Shown here one piece after another: positions 28,932-37,976 of a stretch of 64,000 nucleotides of DNA (position 1 is the first letter of the stretch; every line of letters begins with the position of its first letter). The notes below the pieces were generated by a model. That model was given only the letters and a program-made list of their open reading frames with translations. It was not told where the DNA came from and searched no databases. The DNA lies in the IMG/VR virus record IMGVR_UViG_3300028735_000003, positions 124,001 to 188,000 of that record; one strand, written 5' to 3'. Position numbers and translations under genes: made by a program.

Positions 28932-31736
28932 TTACTTTCTACGGTCTACTACACCAGTTACGAATTTACCAAACACAGATGATTTCGCCGCAATTTTATC
29001 TTTCACTTTCTGTGCGGCGGATATTGTTTCATTTCCATTATCTAAATGTAATGTTAGATTTCTGGAATCATCTTTTGATTTAACTTTAGCTTGCAATTCT
29101 TTTGTTTCATTCTTTAATTGTTCTATTCTGGATGATGGTAATCCAAGTCCAGAAAAAATAGAATATACCTTAACAACATTATCTGGCAAATCTATACTAT
29201 AAATACCTTTAAATATACCTTTTGGAGAACCGCATAAATCGTTAATCATACTTCCGGCATAATCAATGCTTGATGCTGGTATTTGTGCCCATACATTTTT
29301 ATTAGCAGCAACAATATACCCTACATATTTAGATTGTTTCAGATCAAACCCTGTCGCTAATAAATTGTTAGTTAAATTATTTATTACAGCTTCTGCTATT
29401 GCAGTGTCTTCCTGATAATTTGTAACATCAAACTCACCATATATTGTTAGCCCCTCACTGTCTAAGAAGATTTTTGAAAATTCCATAGGATCAAGACCCT
29501 TGACTGAAGAAGCCATTGAAGATAGTGTGTTAAATGTATCGATTGGTTCTACAATAGCTTTATTTGCTGTAGGGTAAAAATCTACTTGACTTATATGTTG
29601 ATAGATAGATTCTATCTTAGCGTTGTCTACAATAATTAAATTATTGACCTTTTTTGTTTGCGTGAGTTTTGCTAGCTTCGACAATGTTTCAAGGGCATTT
29701 GATTTTGTTTGGGCATCTTCTGTTTCCATTGGCAACGCAGCAATAACTACTAATGGCTTTCCACTTTGAGATAGAAGTTCAACCAATATTTCGCATGAAC
29801 CTGCACCAGAACCCCCGCCCAAGCTAAGGCACAATACATTAACTAGTGCTTTAGATAGTTTATCATTGACAAGTTGCAAAATTTCACCACTGTGCGACTC
29901 TGCTGCGGCTTTCCCTATGTCAATCTCTTTCGCCGCTCCACCCAGACCATATTCTAAAAGTAATTTGTTGGAATCTGGAATATCAATATACTTTAGATCT
30001 TGCATCGCGGTATTAATAGCAACAGCATCATATCCTAATTTATAGAACGATTCTGCTATCCTACTATTATGAGTAAACATAAGACCATTATTTCCTGCCA
30101 CATAATTCTCATATTTATCAACAGTTAAATCATAAAATTGACATTCTTGTTCGTCAATAGATTCAATACTTTTAATTTCTAAAAGCTTAGGGGATATACT
30201 TTTAATATAAGCTATTTGTTCATTCATTTCTAATGAATCCATAACTTTACCAAAAGAATTTACAGACAACTTTCTTTCGCCATTTGCCCAAAATTTTATA
30301 TTTACACCTAATCTGGCTGATAAATTATTAATATTCTTCATACCACTATTGGTCATCCAATATGATAATTCATCAAAAGATAATGGAACATGTGAATCTG
30401 TAAAATTCTCTTTGTCATTTTGTGACCAAAATATTAACTGTTCCTTTTTAATATAATGTGATAAATTATTTATAATGGTGTCAAATAATGGTCCATGATT
30501 CAATTTACCAGATAATCGTACTTTATATTCTATAGATTCACCTTCTTTTCTTCCAGAAACTATTTCTATTTCAGCTCTACCGCCTATAGAAGAGACTAAA
30601 CAACCTATCTGTTCGGCTAATTTTTTAGAAGATGTTGATACACTAGTTTCACACCAATCCTTACATACAATTCCACTAGAGTCTATTAATCCAGACAAAA
30701 ATGCAGCCCTTATATGTGAATAAGCACCTGATATACAAGAAGGTATCTCTATCGTAGAGGTTTTATACCCCAATTCTACACTAGTTTTACTAATAATAGG
30801 CTCAAATGCAGATTCAAAAAATAATCTTGCTTGTAATCCACAAACACATACTTGTTTGCGCCAAATATTTGTCTTTTGAATTATAGAAGTATGTGGTATT
30901 TGTTTGGAAACCTCAACTATTTTATTTGTAAAATGGTCATCGTCAGAATAAAATGATATTTCGTCATGATTTAACGAATCATGCCCGTTACCAGCAAAAA
31001 CACCTAATAACCAAGCAATATCTGGTGTTATTTCTATGCCTCTAACATACGTTTTTTCTGAAATTACATCCAATACTTCTAGTCTTGTATCAAATAATCT
31101 ATCATTAACGTGTAATGGGGTTAAACTACTTAATGAATTGAAAAAAGCTTTTTCGTTTGCATTTGGTCTAAATACCAAACTAGGATGTTTCTTTGAACAA
31201 GTTAAAAAACTACCATTATTCATAGTTATTTTATTTTTACTAACCGCTCTGTTTTTCCAAACAGCTAATACTTTCGCTTTCTTTAATTCTCCAGTATTCG
31301 GGTCAATTGATACAGTATAAATGTTATCATCATTTAATGATATGTAGGTCTGTTTATCGTCTTTTACATTGATATTTTCTAATTTAGAAGAATTTAATTT
31401 CTTAAAAAAGAAATCTTCGATTGAAATTAATCCATAATTAGATAAATATATGTATGTATTACCATCTATACATCCTGCCTGACCAGTTCCTATAATACCT
31501 AGGTTTAAACTTCTTTCCTTTTTTGCAACAATTTTTGCTGCCATTTGTGTCTCCTGTTTTGCTCGGCTTTTTGCCTTCAAGGCTGCTAATTTATCTGCAT
31601 TTACAGTAGCATCTTCAGATGGTGTTGCTAATTTGTCTGCATTTACAGTGTTTTCAGGTGATTTTGTTTCAACTGTAGAAACATCATCTATTAACTCTTC
31701 CGGAGCTGTTTCGTTTGTAATCGAAGTAGCTGACAT
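28932..31736 (-). CDS. Tubulin/FtsZ-family GTPase (PhuZ/TubZ-like) with an intein
   Basis: GIIGTGQAG|intein|SRIAE, AINT...D, GLGGAAK...G, tubulin signature SLGGGSGAG, IIVDN, LDPMEF. About 465 aa after splicing. Confidence 0.88.
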   Translation of the reverse strand: MSATSITNETAPEELIDDVSTVETKSPENTVNADKLATPSEDATVNADKLAALKAKSRAKQETQMAAKIVAKKERSLNLGIIGTGQAGCIDGNTYIYLSNYGLISIEDFFFKKLNSSKLENINVKDDKQTYISLNDDNIYTVSIDPNTGELKKAKVLAVWKNRAVSKNKITMNNGSFLTCSKKHPSLVFRPNANEKAFFNSLSSLTPLHVNDRLFDTRLEVLDVISEKTYVRGIEITPDIAWLLGVFAGNGHDSLNHDEISFYSDDDHFTNKIVEVSKQIPHTSIIQKTNIWRKQVCVCGLQARLFFESAFEPIISKTSVELGYKTSTIEIPSCISGAYSHIRAAFLSGLIDSSGIVCKDWCETSVSTSSKKLAEQIGCLVSSIGGRAEIEIVSGRKEGESIEYKVRLSGKLNHGPLFDTIINNLSHYIKKEQLIFWSQNDKENFTDSHVPLSFDELSYWMTNSGMKNINNLSARLGVNIKFWANGERKLSVNSFGKVMDSLEMNEQIAYIKSISPKLLEIKSIESIDEQECQFYDLTVDKYENYVAGNNGLMFTHNSRIAESFYKLGYDAVAINTAMQDLKYIDIPDSNKLLLEYGLGGAAKEIDIGKAAAESHSGEILQLVNDKLSKALVNVLCLSLGGGSGAGSCEILVELLSQSGKPLVVIAALPMETEDAQTKSNALETLSKLAKLTQTKKVNNLIIVDNAKIESIYQHISQVDFYPTANKAIVEPIDTFNTLSSMASSVKGLDPMEFSKIFLDSEGLTIYGEFDVTNYQEDTAIAEAVINNLTNNLLATGFDLKQSKYVGYIVAANKNVWAQIPASSIDYAGSMINDLCGSPKGIFKGIYSIDLPDNVVKVYSIFSGLGLPSSRIEQLKNETKELQAKVKSKDDSRNLTLHLDNGNETISAAQKVKDKIAAKSSVFGKFVTGVVDRRK
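30066..31472 (-). mobile_element. Intein (469 aa) with degenerate LAGLIDADG domain in the tubulin
   Basis: Starts CIDGNT; block B CSKKHP; ends FYDLTVDKYENYVAG..GLMFTHN|S; motifs LLGVFAGNG and FLSGLIDSSG. Confidence 0.9.
31584..31649. repeat. 24-bp direct repeat (1 mismatch) encoding TVNADKLA twice in the tubulin N-terminal extension
   Basis: 31584-31607 versus 31626-31649. Confidence 0.8.
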
Positions 31737-31996
31737 AAAATCTCCTAACTTATTTTATTAAACTTTAGTTTGTGGCTAGTAATACCAGATTTGTTGTTCT
31801 ATATCTCAATATTACGAAATCCTTTTCGATTTGCAAGAAATTAATTAGTTGATTTTCATCGAATAATGTATAAAAAGAGAATACATCAATTCAACACTTG
31901 CTTACAAATCTAAATTGGATAATTGATCTATTAAGCCTTTAACTTTCATGAACCTTTCCCTTTATTTATGGTACATTATTACATATTTGGCATGCG

Positions 31997-32968
31997 TTAT
32001 TTGAACCACCACTGGTTGTTTAGATACCATGGGACACATAAATTTGATAATCCATCAGACAGCTTAATGGTGGGTTTCCAGCCAAGTTTTTTTAGTTTAT
32101 CTGAATTGATTGAGTATCTAAAATCGTGCCCATTCTTTCTAGGATCTTCAACGAATGTTATCAAATCATGACCAGTCTTCATAACATTACATATATTTTG
32201 TATTACTTCAATATTAGAAAACTCTTGATTTGCAGATATGTTGTATATTTCGTTTGGTTTACCCTCCTTTAACACAGTCATAATTCCAGTACAATTATCG
32301 AATACATGAGTCCAGTCTCGTAGCTGCGAACCCTGTCCGTAAATAGGAATAGGAATGCCCTTTAGAATGTTTTTTATAGCTTTTGGAATCAACTTTTCGG
32401 GCGACTGCCTTGGTCCATAGTTGTTAGCAGACCTAGTAATGTTATAAACTAAACCATGCGATTGGTTGGCTGCTTTTACGATTAATTCTCCAGCAGCTTT
32501 TGTAGCAGCATATGGATTACGAGGGTTGATAGGAGAATCTTCAGTCCATGAAGGCTCATCTTCAGATGTTAATTGACCATATACTTCATCTGTTGATATG
32601 TAAATAAGTTTTTGAACACCATGTTTAATGCAAGCATTTACTATAACTTGTGTTCCTAAAACATTAGACGTTACAAACGAATTAGGATCAATAAATGAAT
32701 GGTCAACAAAAGTCTCGGCAGCACCATGTATAACTATATCTGGTTTTTCAAATTGAAAAATTACATCAATAACATGTTGATCCCTGATATCTGCTATATG
32801 AAATGTATGATTTTTGTTCCAATACATAGAATTAATGACGTTTGAATTAATTCTATCTATACTAACAAAAGAATAAGGTTGTTTCTCATAGATAGCCTTA
32901 CGAATGAAGTTTCCGAATATAAACCCACAGGATCCAGTTATTAAAACTTTTGGTCTGTTATTGTTCAT
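31997..32968 (-). CDS. rfbB: dTDP-glucose 4,6-dehydratase-like NAD-dependent SDR
   Basis: VLITGSCGFI, HGAAETFVD, STDEVYG, YAATK, NNYGPRQ.PEKLIP, RDWTHV.D, HDFRYS. Confidence 0.85.
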   Translation of the reverse strand: MNNNRPKVLITGSCGFIFGNFIRKAIYEKQPYSFVSIDRINSNVINSMYWNKNHTFHIADIRDQHVIDVIFQFEKPDIVIHGAAETFVDHSFIDPNSFVTSNVLGTQVIVNACIKHGVQKLIYISTDEVYGQLTSEDEPSWTEDSPINPRNPYAATKAAGELIVKAANQSHGLVYNITRSANNYGPRQSPEKLIPKAIKNILKGIPIPIYGQGSQLRDWTHVFDNCTGIMTVLKEGKPNEIYNISANQEFSNIEVIQNICNVMKTGHDLITFVEDPRKNGHDFRYSINSDKLKKLGWKPTIKLSDGLSNLCVPWYLNNQWWFK

Positions 32969-32971
32969 TAA

Positions 32972-33802
32972 TTACCTATCATATATGTTAAATTTTTGAT
33001 TTTTTTCGTACATATATTGATCTAGACAATATCGATGTTGCCATTTTTCTCTAAGATATATCAGGTTATGGTTCAAAAATAACCTATTTGTAGGAACCTT
33101 CTTAAGCGAGCTGCTATCTTCATGATAAATATTGGTATTACCACAATATAGAATCTTCTTTTCCATATTATAGTGAATTGCTAAACACAAATCTACATCA
33201 TCAAACCCCCAATGATATTTTTCATCCATTCCATCATTGCCAGATTTTACATTGTGATGAACTTTTCTGTAATATTCTGCTTTAGTTAATAAAACAGCAC
33301 CTGTAACGACTTGAAATAAACGATTTTTCTCAGCAGCATCATCTGTAATTTCATTAAGTCTAAAATGAACAGGCGCTTTGTTATCGTGATTAAATACTAC
33401 ACCAGCATGTTGTAGTCTATTGGTATTTGTAAATAGTAATCTAGCTCCAACAACACCAATACTAGAATCTTTGTCCATTAATCTAATCATTTTTTCAATT
33501 GATGTCTTATCATTAAATATGATGTCATTGTTTAGTAATAGAACATAGTCATTATCATTCGGAGCTGCCTCGTTAAAACACATATTTGTGCCCTGAGAAA
33601 AATTCTGAAGATTATTTGGGTGCTTTATTAGTTTTATATTACCTCTCCAAGAGGCAACTATTTCTGCAGTATTATCTGTTGAAGCATTATCTTTTATAAT
33701 CCAATTATACTCGATATTAGATAAAGCAGGCAAAAGCGAATCTTTTAGTTTAGTTAACTTATCTATTCCATTCCAAGTCAAAGTCAATATATGTAGCATC
33801 AT
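32972..33802 (-). CDS. GT2-family glycosyltransferase
   Basis: DNASTD, NFS...N, LLLNND, VVGARL, QHAGV, VTGAVLL, DDVDLCL, H..S.S. Confidence 0.88.
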   Translation of the reverse strand: MMLHILTLTWNGIDKLTKLKDSLLPALSNIEYNWIIKDNASTDNTAEIVASWRGNIKLIKHPNNLQNFSQGTNMCFNEAAPNDNDYVLLLNNDIIFNDKTSIEKMIRLMDKDSSIGVVGARLLFTNTNRLQHAGVVFNHDNKAPVHFRLNEITDDAAEKNRLFQVVTGAVLLTKAEYYRKVHHNVKSGNDGMDEKYHWGFDDVDLCLAIHYNMEKKILYCGNTNIYHEDSSSLKKVPTNRLFLNHNLIYLREKWQHRYCLDQYMYEKNQKFNIYDR

Positions 33803-34015
33803 ATTTTCTTTCTATATCTGTCAGTTCTTTTTTTTATTTGCACACATCCGGCGACATCTGCCAAACTTGATTTTATTTATAGTGGTATCACAAATAGTTT
33901 TACATTCATTACGCCTTAAAGAATATGGAGTAGCTTGCCATCTATAAAATATGATATATCTTACAAAGATATTATTGCTACTCTATTCATTTTACTAAGA
34001 TATAGTATTACTAGA

Positions 34016-35035
34016 TTAAAACCCCATACTTAAATTGCTTCCAACCATAAAATTACCAGTATAATCTACTTGTATAGATGGTCCAAGATATGTATTTCTA
34101 ATTAGCCCTGAAGAAAATAATTTAGACATATTAAAGTTAATTGGATTAATTATCATCACAAACCTTTTGCTTACCACCTCATATCCAAGACCTAATTGTA
34201 AAATACTTATATTTGGATTGGGTTTATATTGTCCATAACTCATCATACCCAAAGTAATGCCCGTATTAAATGTACCTTGAATACTAGATGTATTTAAATT
34301 AATGCCCCCACCTGATGTTAAAAATAATCTTGGATTCCAAAACTGAAAACTAGCGGAAGGATATTCTTGCTTCGTCTCTGTCTTATCAATACGCAAATCA
34401 TATGATCTGCCATCTACAATAATACTAAATTTATTATATACATACTCGCGCTGATTCTCATCAATACCGGTTATAGTAGCTACCTTATATTGCCTTGGTA
34501 AAATATTAACAAACCAAGGCTCTTTTTTCCAAGCAGAAAACCCTACAGTGCCAATTGGTACGGCAAAAGAACCGAATTGCTCAGATAATGTTAAATCACG
34601 TCTTGCCGTTAAATACCCATTAGGGTCAGCATTTGGACATGGAATTTGCTTTCCATTGCAATCCACTGTGGGAGTTTGAGGATTTGGATTTATTGGACCC
34701 GTCCCTGTACTAGGAACATTATCTTTCTTTACTCCTCCACTAGTTACAGTAATCACATTAATAGCCTTAATTTCAGCATGTAGTTTATCCATGTCATTTC
34801 TAATAACATTTATATCTACACCATTATTTTTGGCGAATACTTCAATATCTTTTTTAGTAGCATACTCATTTAAACTTCGTGTTATATTATCAGATAATTC
34901 TTTTTGTTTTACAACTTCTGTTTCTATGGCTTTTTGTCTCTCAGACATTTCAAACTGCTTGTAAATTATTAATGAGACAGCACAAACAGCAACAGTTACT
35001 ACTAAAATTATTAATATTTTATTTGATAATGACAT
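34016..35035 (-). CDS. Membrane-anchored protein with N-terminal TM helix, coiled coil and beta-rich C-terminus; possibly spanin-like
   Basis: ILIILVVTVAVCAVSLIIY TM segment, helical stalk, amphipathic strands ending GSNLSMGF. Start is ATG 35035 or TTG 35065. Confidence 0.55.
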   Translation of the reverse strand: MSLSNKILIILVVTVAVCAVSLIIYKQFEMSERQKAIETEVVKQKELSDNITRSLNEYATKKDIEVFAKNNGVDINVIRNDMDKLHAEIKAINVITVTSGGVKKDNVPSTGTGPINPNPQTPTVDCNGKQIPCPNADPNGYLTARRDLTLSEQFGSFAVPIGTVGFSAWKKEPWFVNILPRQYKVATITGIDENQREYVYNKFSIIVDGRSYDLRIDKTETKQEYPSASFQFWNPRLFLTSGGGINLNTSSIQGTFNTGITLGMMSYGQYKPNPNISILQLGLGYEVVSKRFVMIINPINFNMSKLFSSGLIRNTYLGPSIQVDYTGNFMVGSNLSMGF

Positions 35036-35094
35036 AATGACATAACCTTGTGTTAAGACATTCAATAGACTTCTATATCTTCACCTATACCAAA

Positions 35095-35799
35095 TCATTT
35101 CTTCCATTTATTAACAAAAATTTCCCTGGCAGATTTATACAGTTGATATGTATTCAATTGAGAGCTTGTTTGCCTTCCAAAATGTACAACCGGTATAGAT
35201 ACTACTTCAAGAGGTATGCCAATTTTTTTTGCTCTGAAAGATAAATCTGTATCTTCGAAATATGCGATTCCAAATTCCTCTGAGAAAATCTGTGGAACAC
35301 ATGCGTCTGTAATTATACATTCTGTTTTCCTAGGAATATCTAATTGCGACCATATGTGTTTTGACCCAGCAATACACCATCCAGATAAATATGACTTTCC
35401 AGACAGTTTTTTATTTGCTTCCATTACAAATTCTAAATTATCATTTAATAATCCCATTGTAGGACCACATAGTGAATTTGCACATTTATCTATTAATGGT
35501 TTTGTCCAATCTTCATGATTGGACCTAACCCTTATATCATTGTTTAAAAATAAAACATTTGGAGCGGTTGCCAAATAATATCCAATATTACAGGCTTTTG
35601 CAAATCCCATATTATATGAATATCGCTTGTATACAATTTCTGTAGATTCTTTTAAAGATGATTCTGTTTCATCTGTACTTCCATTATCTACAATAATAAT
35701 TTCATGATCATTAGTGAGTCTTGTTAGATCTTTTAAGCAAGATCGTGTAAAGTTGTATTTGTTGAATACTGGGACTACTATGCTTAGTATTTTATTCAC
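35095..35799 (-). CDS. GT2-family glycosyltransferase
   Basis: LSIVVPVFN, IIIVDNGSTD, GFAKACNIG, FLNND, YFEDTDLS. Confidence 0.9.
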   Translation of the reverse strand: MNKILSIVVPVFNKYNFTRSCLKDLTRLTNDHEIIIVDNGSTDETESSLKESTEIVYKRYSYNMGFAKACNIGYYLATAPNVLFLNNDIRVRSNHEDWTKPLIDKCANSLCGPTMGLLNDNLEFVMEANKKLSGKSYLSGWCIAGSKHIWSQLDIPRKTECIITDACVPQIFSEEFGIAYFEDTDLSFRAKKIGIPLEVVSIPVVHFGRQTSSQLNTYQLYKSAREIFVNKWKK

Positions 35800-35947
35800 T
35801 ATTTAATCTCTCTTTTAATATATATTTATGATTTATATTCCATAATCACATATTTAATTCCAATTTTCGTTTTGTAAGTTATTACTGCATTATAATCAAG
35901 TTTATAATATTGAATATGATCAGACCCTCACATTTATATGTATTTTA

Positions 35948-37084
35948 TCATATACACAGACTTAAAATCTTCCTGGCAGCCTTTTCCCAAGTATAGTTTA
36001 TAATAAGCTCTTGCATATTTGGAGAAAATTTCGAATGATAATCGTTGTAATTACCTACGACATCTTTTAATGCTTGCGCAGCTTTATCTACATCTGCCGC
36101 AAATACCTTAGCATAAGGAGAGGGTTCCCAATATTGCATTCTTGCATCAGCTCTTATTTCCTTTCCATCTATAAGTACAGAATTCTCATCATTCATAAAG
36201 TCTAATTGTCCTCCATAACGTGGGGCAATTACGATTTTGTTAGCGCCAAATCCTTCAAGTCCAGGCATCCAAAAACATTCCGCATATGACATAGAAAATA
36301 CAATGTCACAAGAATTATACAGTGCTTCAATATCTGGAATGAAGTGGTCAATAATCTCTACATCACCGTGTTTTCTAAAGTCTTGGCAGAAATCTCTATA
36401 TATATCGTTAAACGGAACGCTATCTGTTGTATCTTGCGGACTCTTTCTAGATACTTTTAAAACAAGACATACATCATCTTTATTAGTAAATGCTTTACCA
36501 TACGCCTTTAGTACATTAGGAATGTTTTTTCTCAAATGCGGTTGGGCAATATTGACAAGTATCTTGTATCTCTTCTTTGTCTTTAATGGATATTTGCCTA
36601 CTGTAGAAAACTTTTCCAGATTAATTCCGTGAGGAACAACTACTTGATGATTTTCTGGTATTCCATTGTCAACAAATATCTTCTTTGAAAATTCAGAAGA
36701 TGGTAATACTTTATCTACGCTTTTATACGCTTTGGCAAAAGCTTTTGGTAAAACTGTTGTCTCATAATTCCAAATACCAAACCTATTTTTATCGCCCCTT
36801 ACAAAATAATGCGCGAAATTCTTTAGTGCTGTATATGATAATTGCATATCATATGATCTATCTAAAGACGAATTAATATAATTAATTAATTCTGGTGTAA
36901 ATGGATCTCCTTCTTCTATACTTCCCTTTAGAAAAGGTTGTAAATCATCCGGGAAATGAGTTCTACCGTTAGTAGAAAATAAATCCACTGTATGACCCAT
37001 CTTGATAAATTCTCGTGAGAGATTTTGAGCTACAATGGACCAAGAAAAATTTTTGGCGAGAAAACCAAACCAGCATATTTTCAT
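35948..37084 (-). CDS. GT4 (GT-B fold) glycosyltransferase
   Basis: ETT..P, PSSEF, VVPHGI, RKN, LYNSCD, AECFWMPGLE (E-x7-E), GGQLDF, YTWE. Confidence 0.85.
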   Translation of the reverse strand: MKICWFGFLAKNFSWSIVAQNLSREFIKMGHTVDLFSTNGRTHFPDDLQPFLKGSIEEGDPFTPELINYINSSLDRSYDMQLSYTALKNFAHYFVRGDKNRFGIWNYETTVLPKAFAKAYKSVDKVLPSSEFSKKIFVDNGIPENHQVVVPHGINLEKFSTVGKYPLKTKKRYKILVNIAQPHLRKNIPNVLKAYGKAFTNKDDVCLVLKVSRKSPQDTTDSVPFNDIYRDFCQDFRKHGDVEIIDHFIPDIEALYNSCDIVFSMSYAECFWMPGLEGFGANKIVIAPRYGGQLDFMNDENSVLIDGKEIRADARMQYWEPSPYAKVFAADVDKAAQALKDVVGNYNDYHSKFSPNMQELIINYTWEKAARKILSLCI

Positions 37085-37132
37085 ACTATACCCACTAGTA
37101 ATATATCAATAAATTCAAACCAACATACTTTA

Positions 37133-37708
37133 GTCAATAACCCACGAATAAAGTCGTGGGCTTGCTGCTCAAAACATTAGTTTTGGCTGCATTTGGCTGA
37201 TTGACAACAACCTGCTCGTTATTCTTTTCAGCTAACGAGATAAAATAATTTGTCTTAATATTTTTAGCAGCATTAATATCTGCATGTTCTATGTAACTAC
37301 ATTTGCTACAAATATATTTCGACTTATTTCTATTAGACTTTTCAATAATTCTACAATTAGAACATTTTTGAGAAGTATATCTTGCATCAACTTTAACTAC
37401 TTGTTTTCCTAATGCTCTAGCAGGAATATCAGGATAAAGAGATAGTAATTTCTCATATAAATCTTGATGAGCTTTAACTTTATTGGTCGATTTATTTTGG
37501 AAAGCCCACTCGACATGATGCGAATAGATATCTGCACAGGTTTTTAGGAAGTCTAAAAACCCATCAGGAGCGGATAAATAAAAACTATAAGTTCTTCGCA
37601 TCACAGATATATCATTAGCAGTATAAAATAAAAATAATAAGCGGATTAACTTTTATAATCCGCAATTCCTCCCACGGCTAAAGCCGTGGGTCTCATTGCG
37701 AGGTTTTC
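37133..37708 (-). mobile_element. Internally deleted copy 2 of the tnpB element (non-autonomous)
   Basis: Both hairpin ends near-identical to copy 1; also preceded by TCAT and ending TTGAC; about 670 bp missing internally. Confidence 0.88.
37134..37604 (-). pseudogene. tnpB: TnpB remnant with in-frame internal deletion
   Basis: YPDIPA is fused to (R)ALGKQVV; RuvC-I and RuvC-II are lost, the zinc finger and RuvC-III are kept. Confidence 0.85.
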
Positions 37709-37937
37709 ATGATCTTTGGCAAGGATACTACCATCTTGTGGTGACGGAAAATTGTTGCTCCGTAATTATTTTTTATCTATACTACAGGCTTTATGACAAA
37801 AAATAAGAACGGAGCTTTCTCCATTACTTATTAATTATAATATTACCATGTATGTCTTTCACAATTGGGAACAAATTATATCTAAAATAAAACATTACGA
37901 TCATTTATTATAAATGCAATACACAAATCCTGTGTCC

Positions 37938-37965
37938 AATCTAAATTCTTGTTAATTTATGTCAA
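37938..37965 (-). promoter_or_regulatory. Candidate sigma70-type promoter TTGACA-N16-TAGATT
   Basis: Minus-strand match just downstream of the 37977..42020 stop, pointing toward the sugar module. Confidence 0.4.
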
Positions 37966-37976
37966 GGGCGACTAAA

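Noticed and set aside
33820-33990. Small Cys-rich reading frame (ECKTIC...CRRMC) on the minus strand
   Set aside because: No in-frame start codon before an upstream stop; at most a decayed gene remnant.
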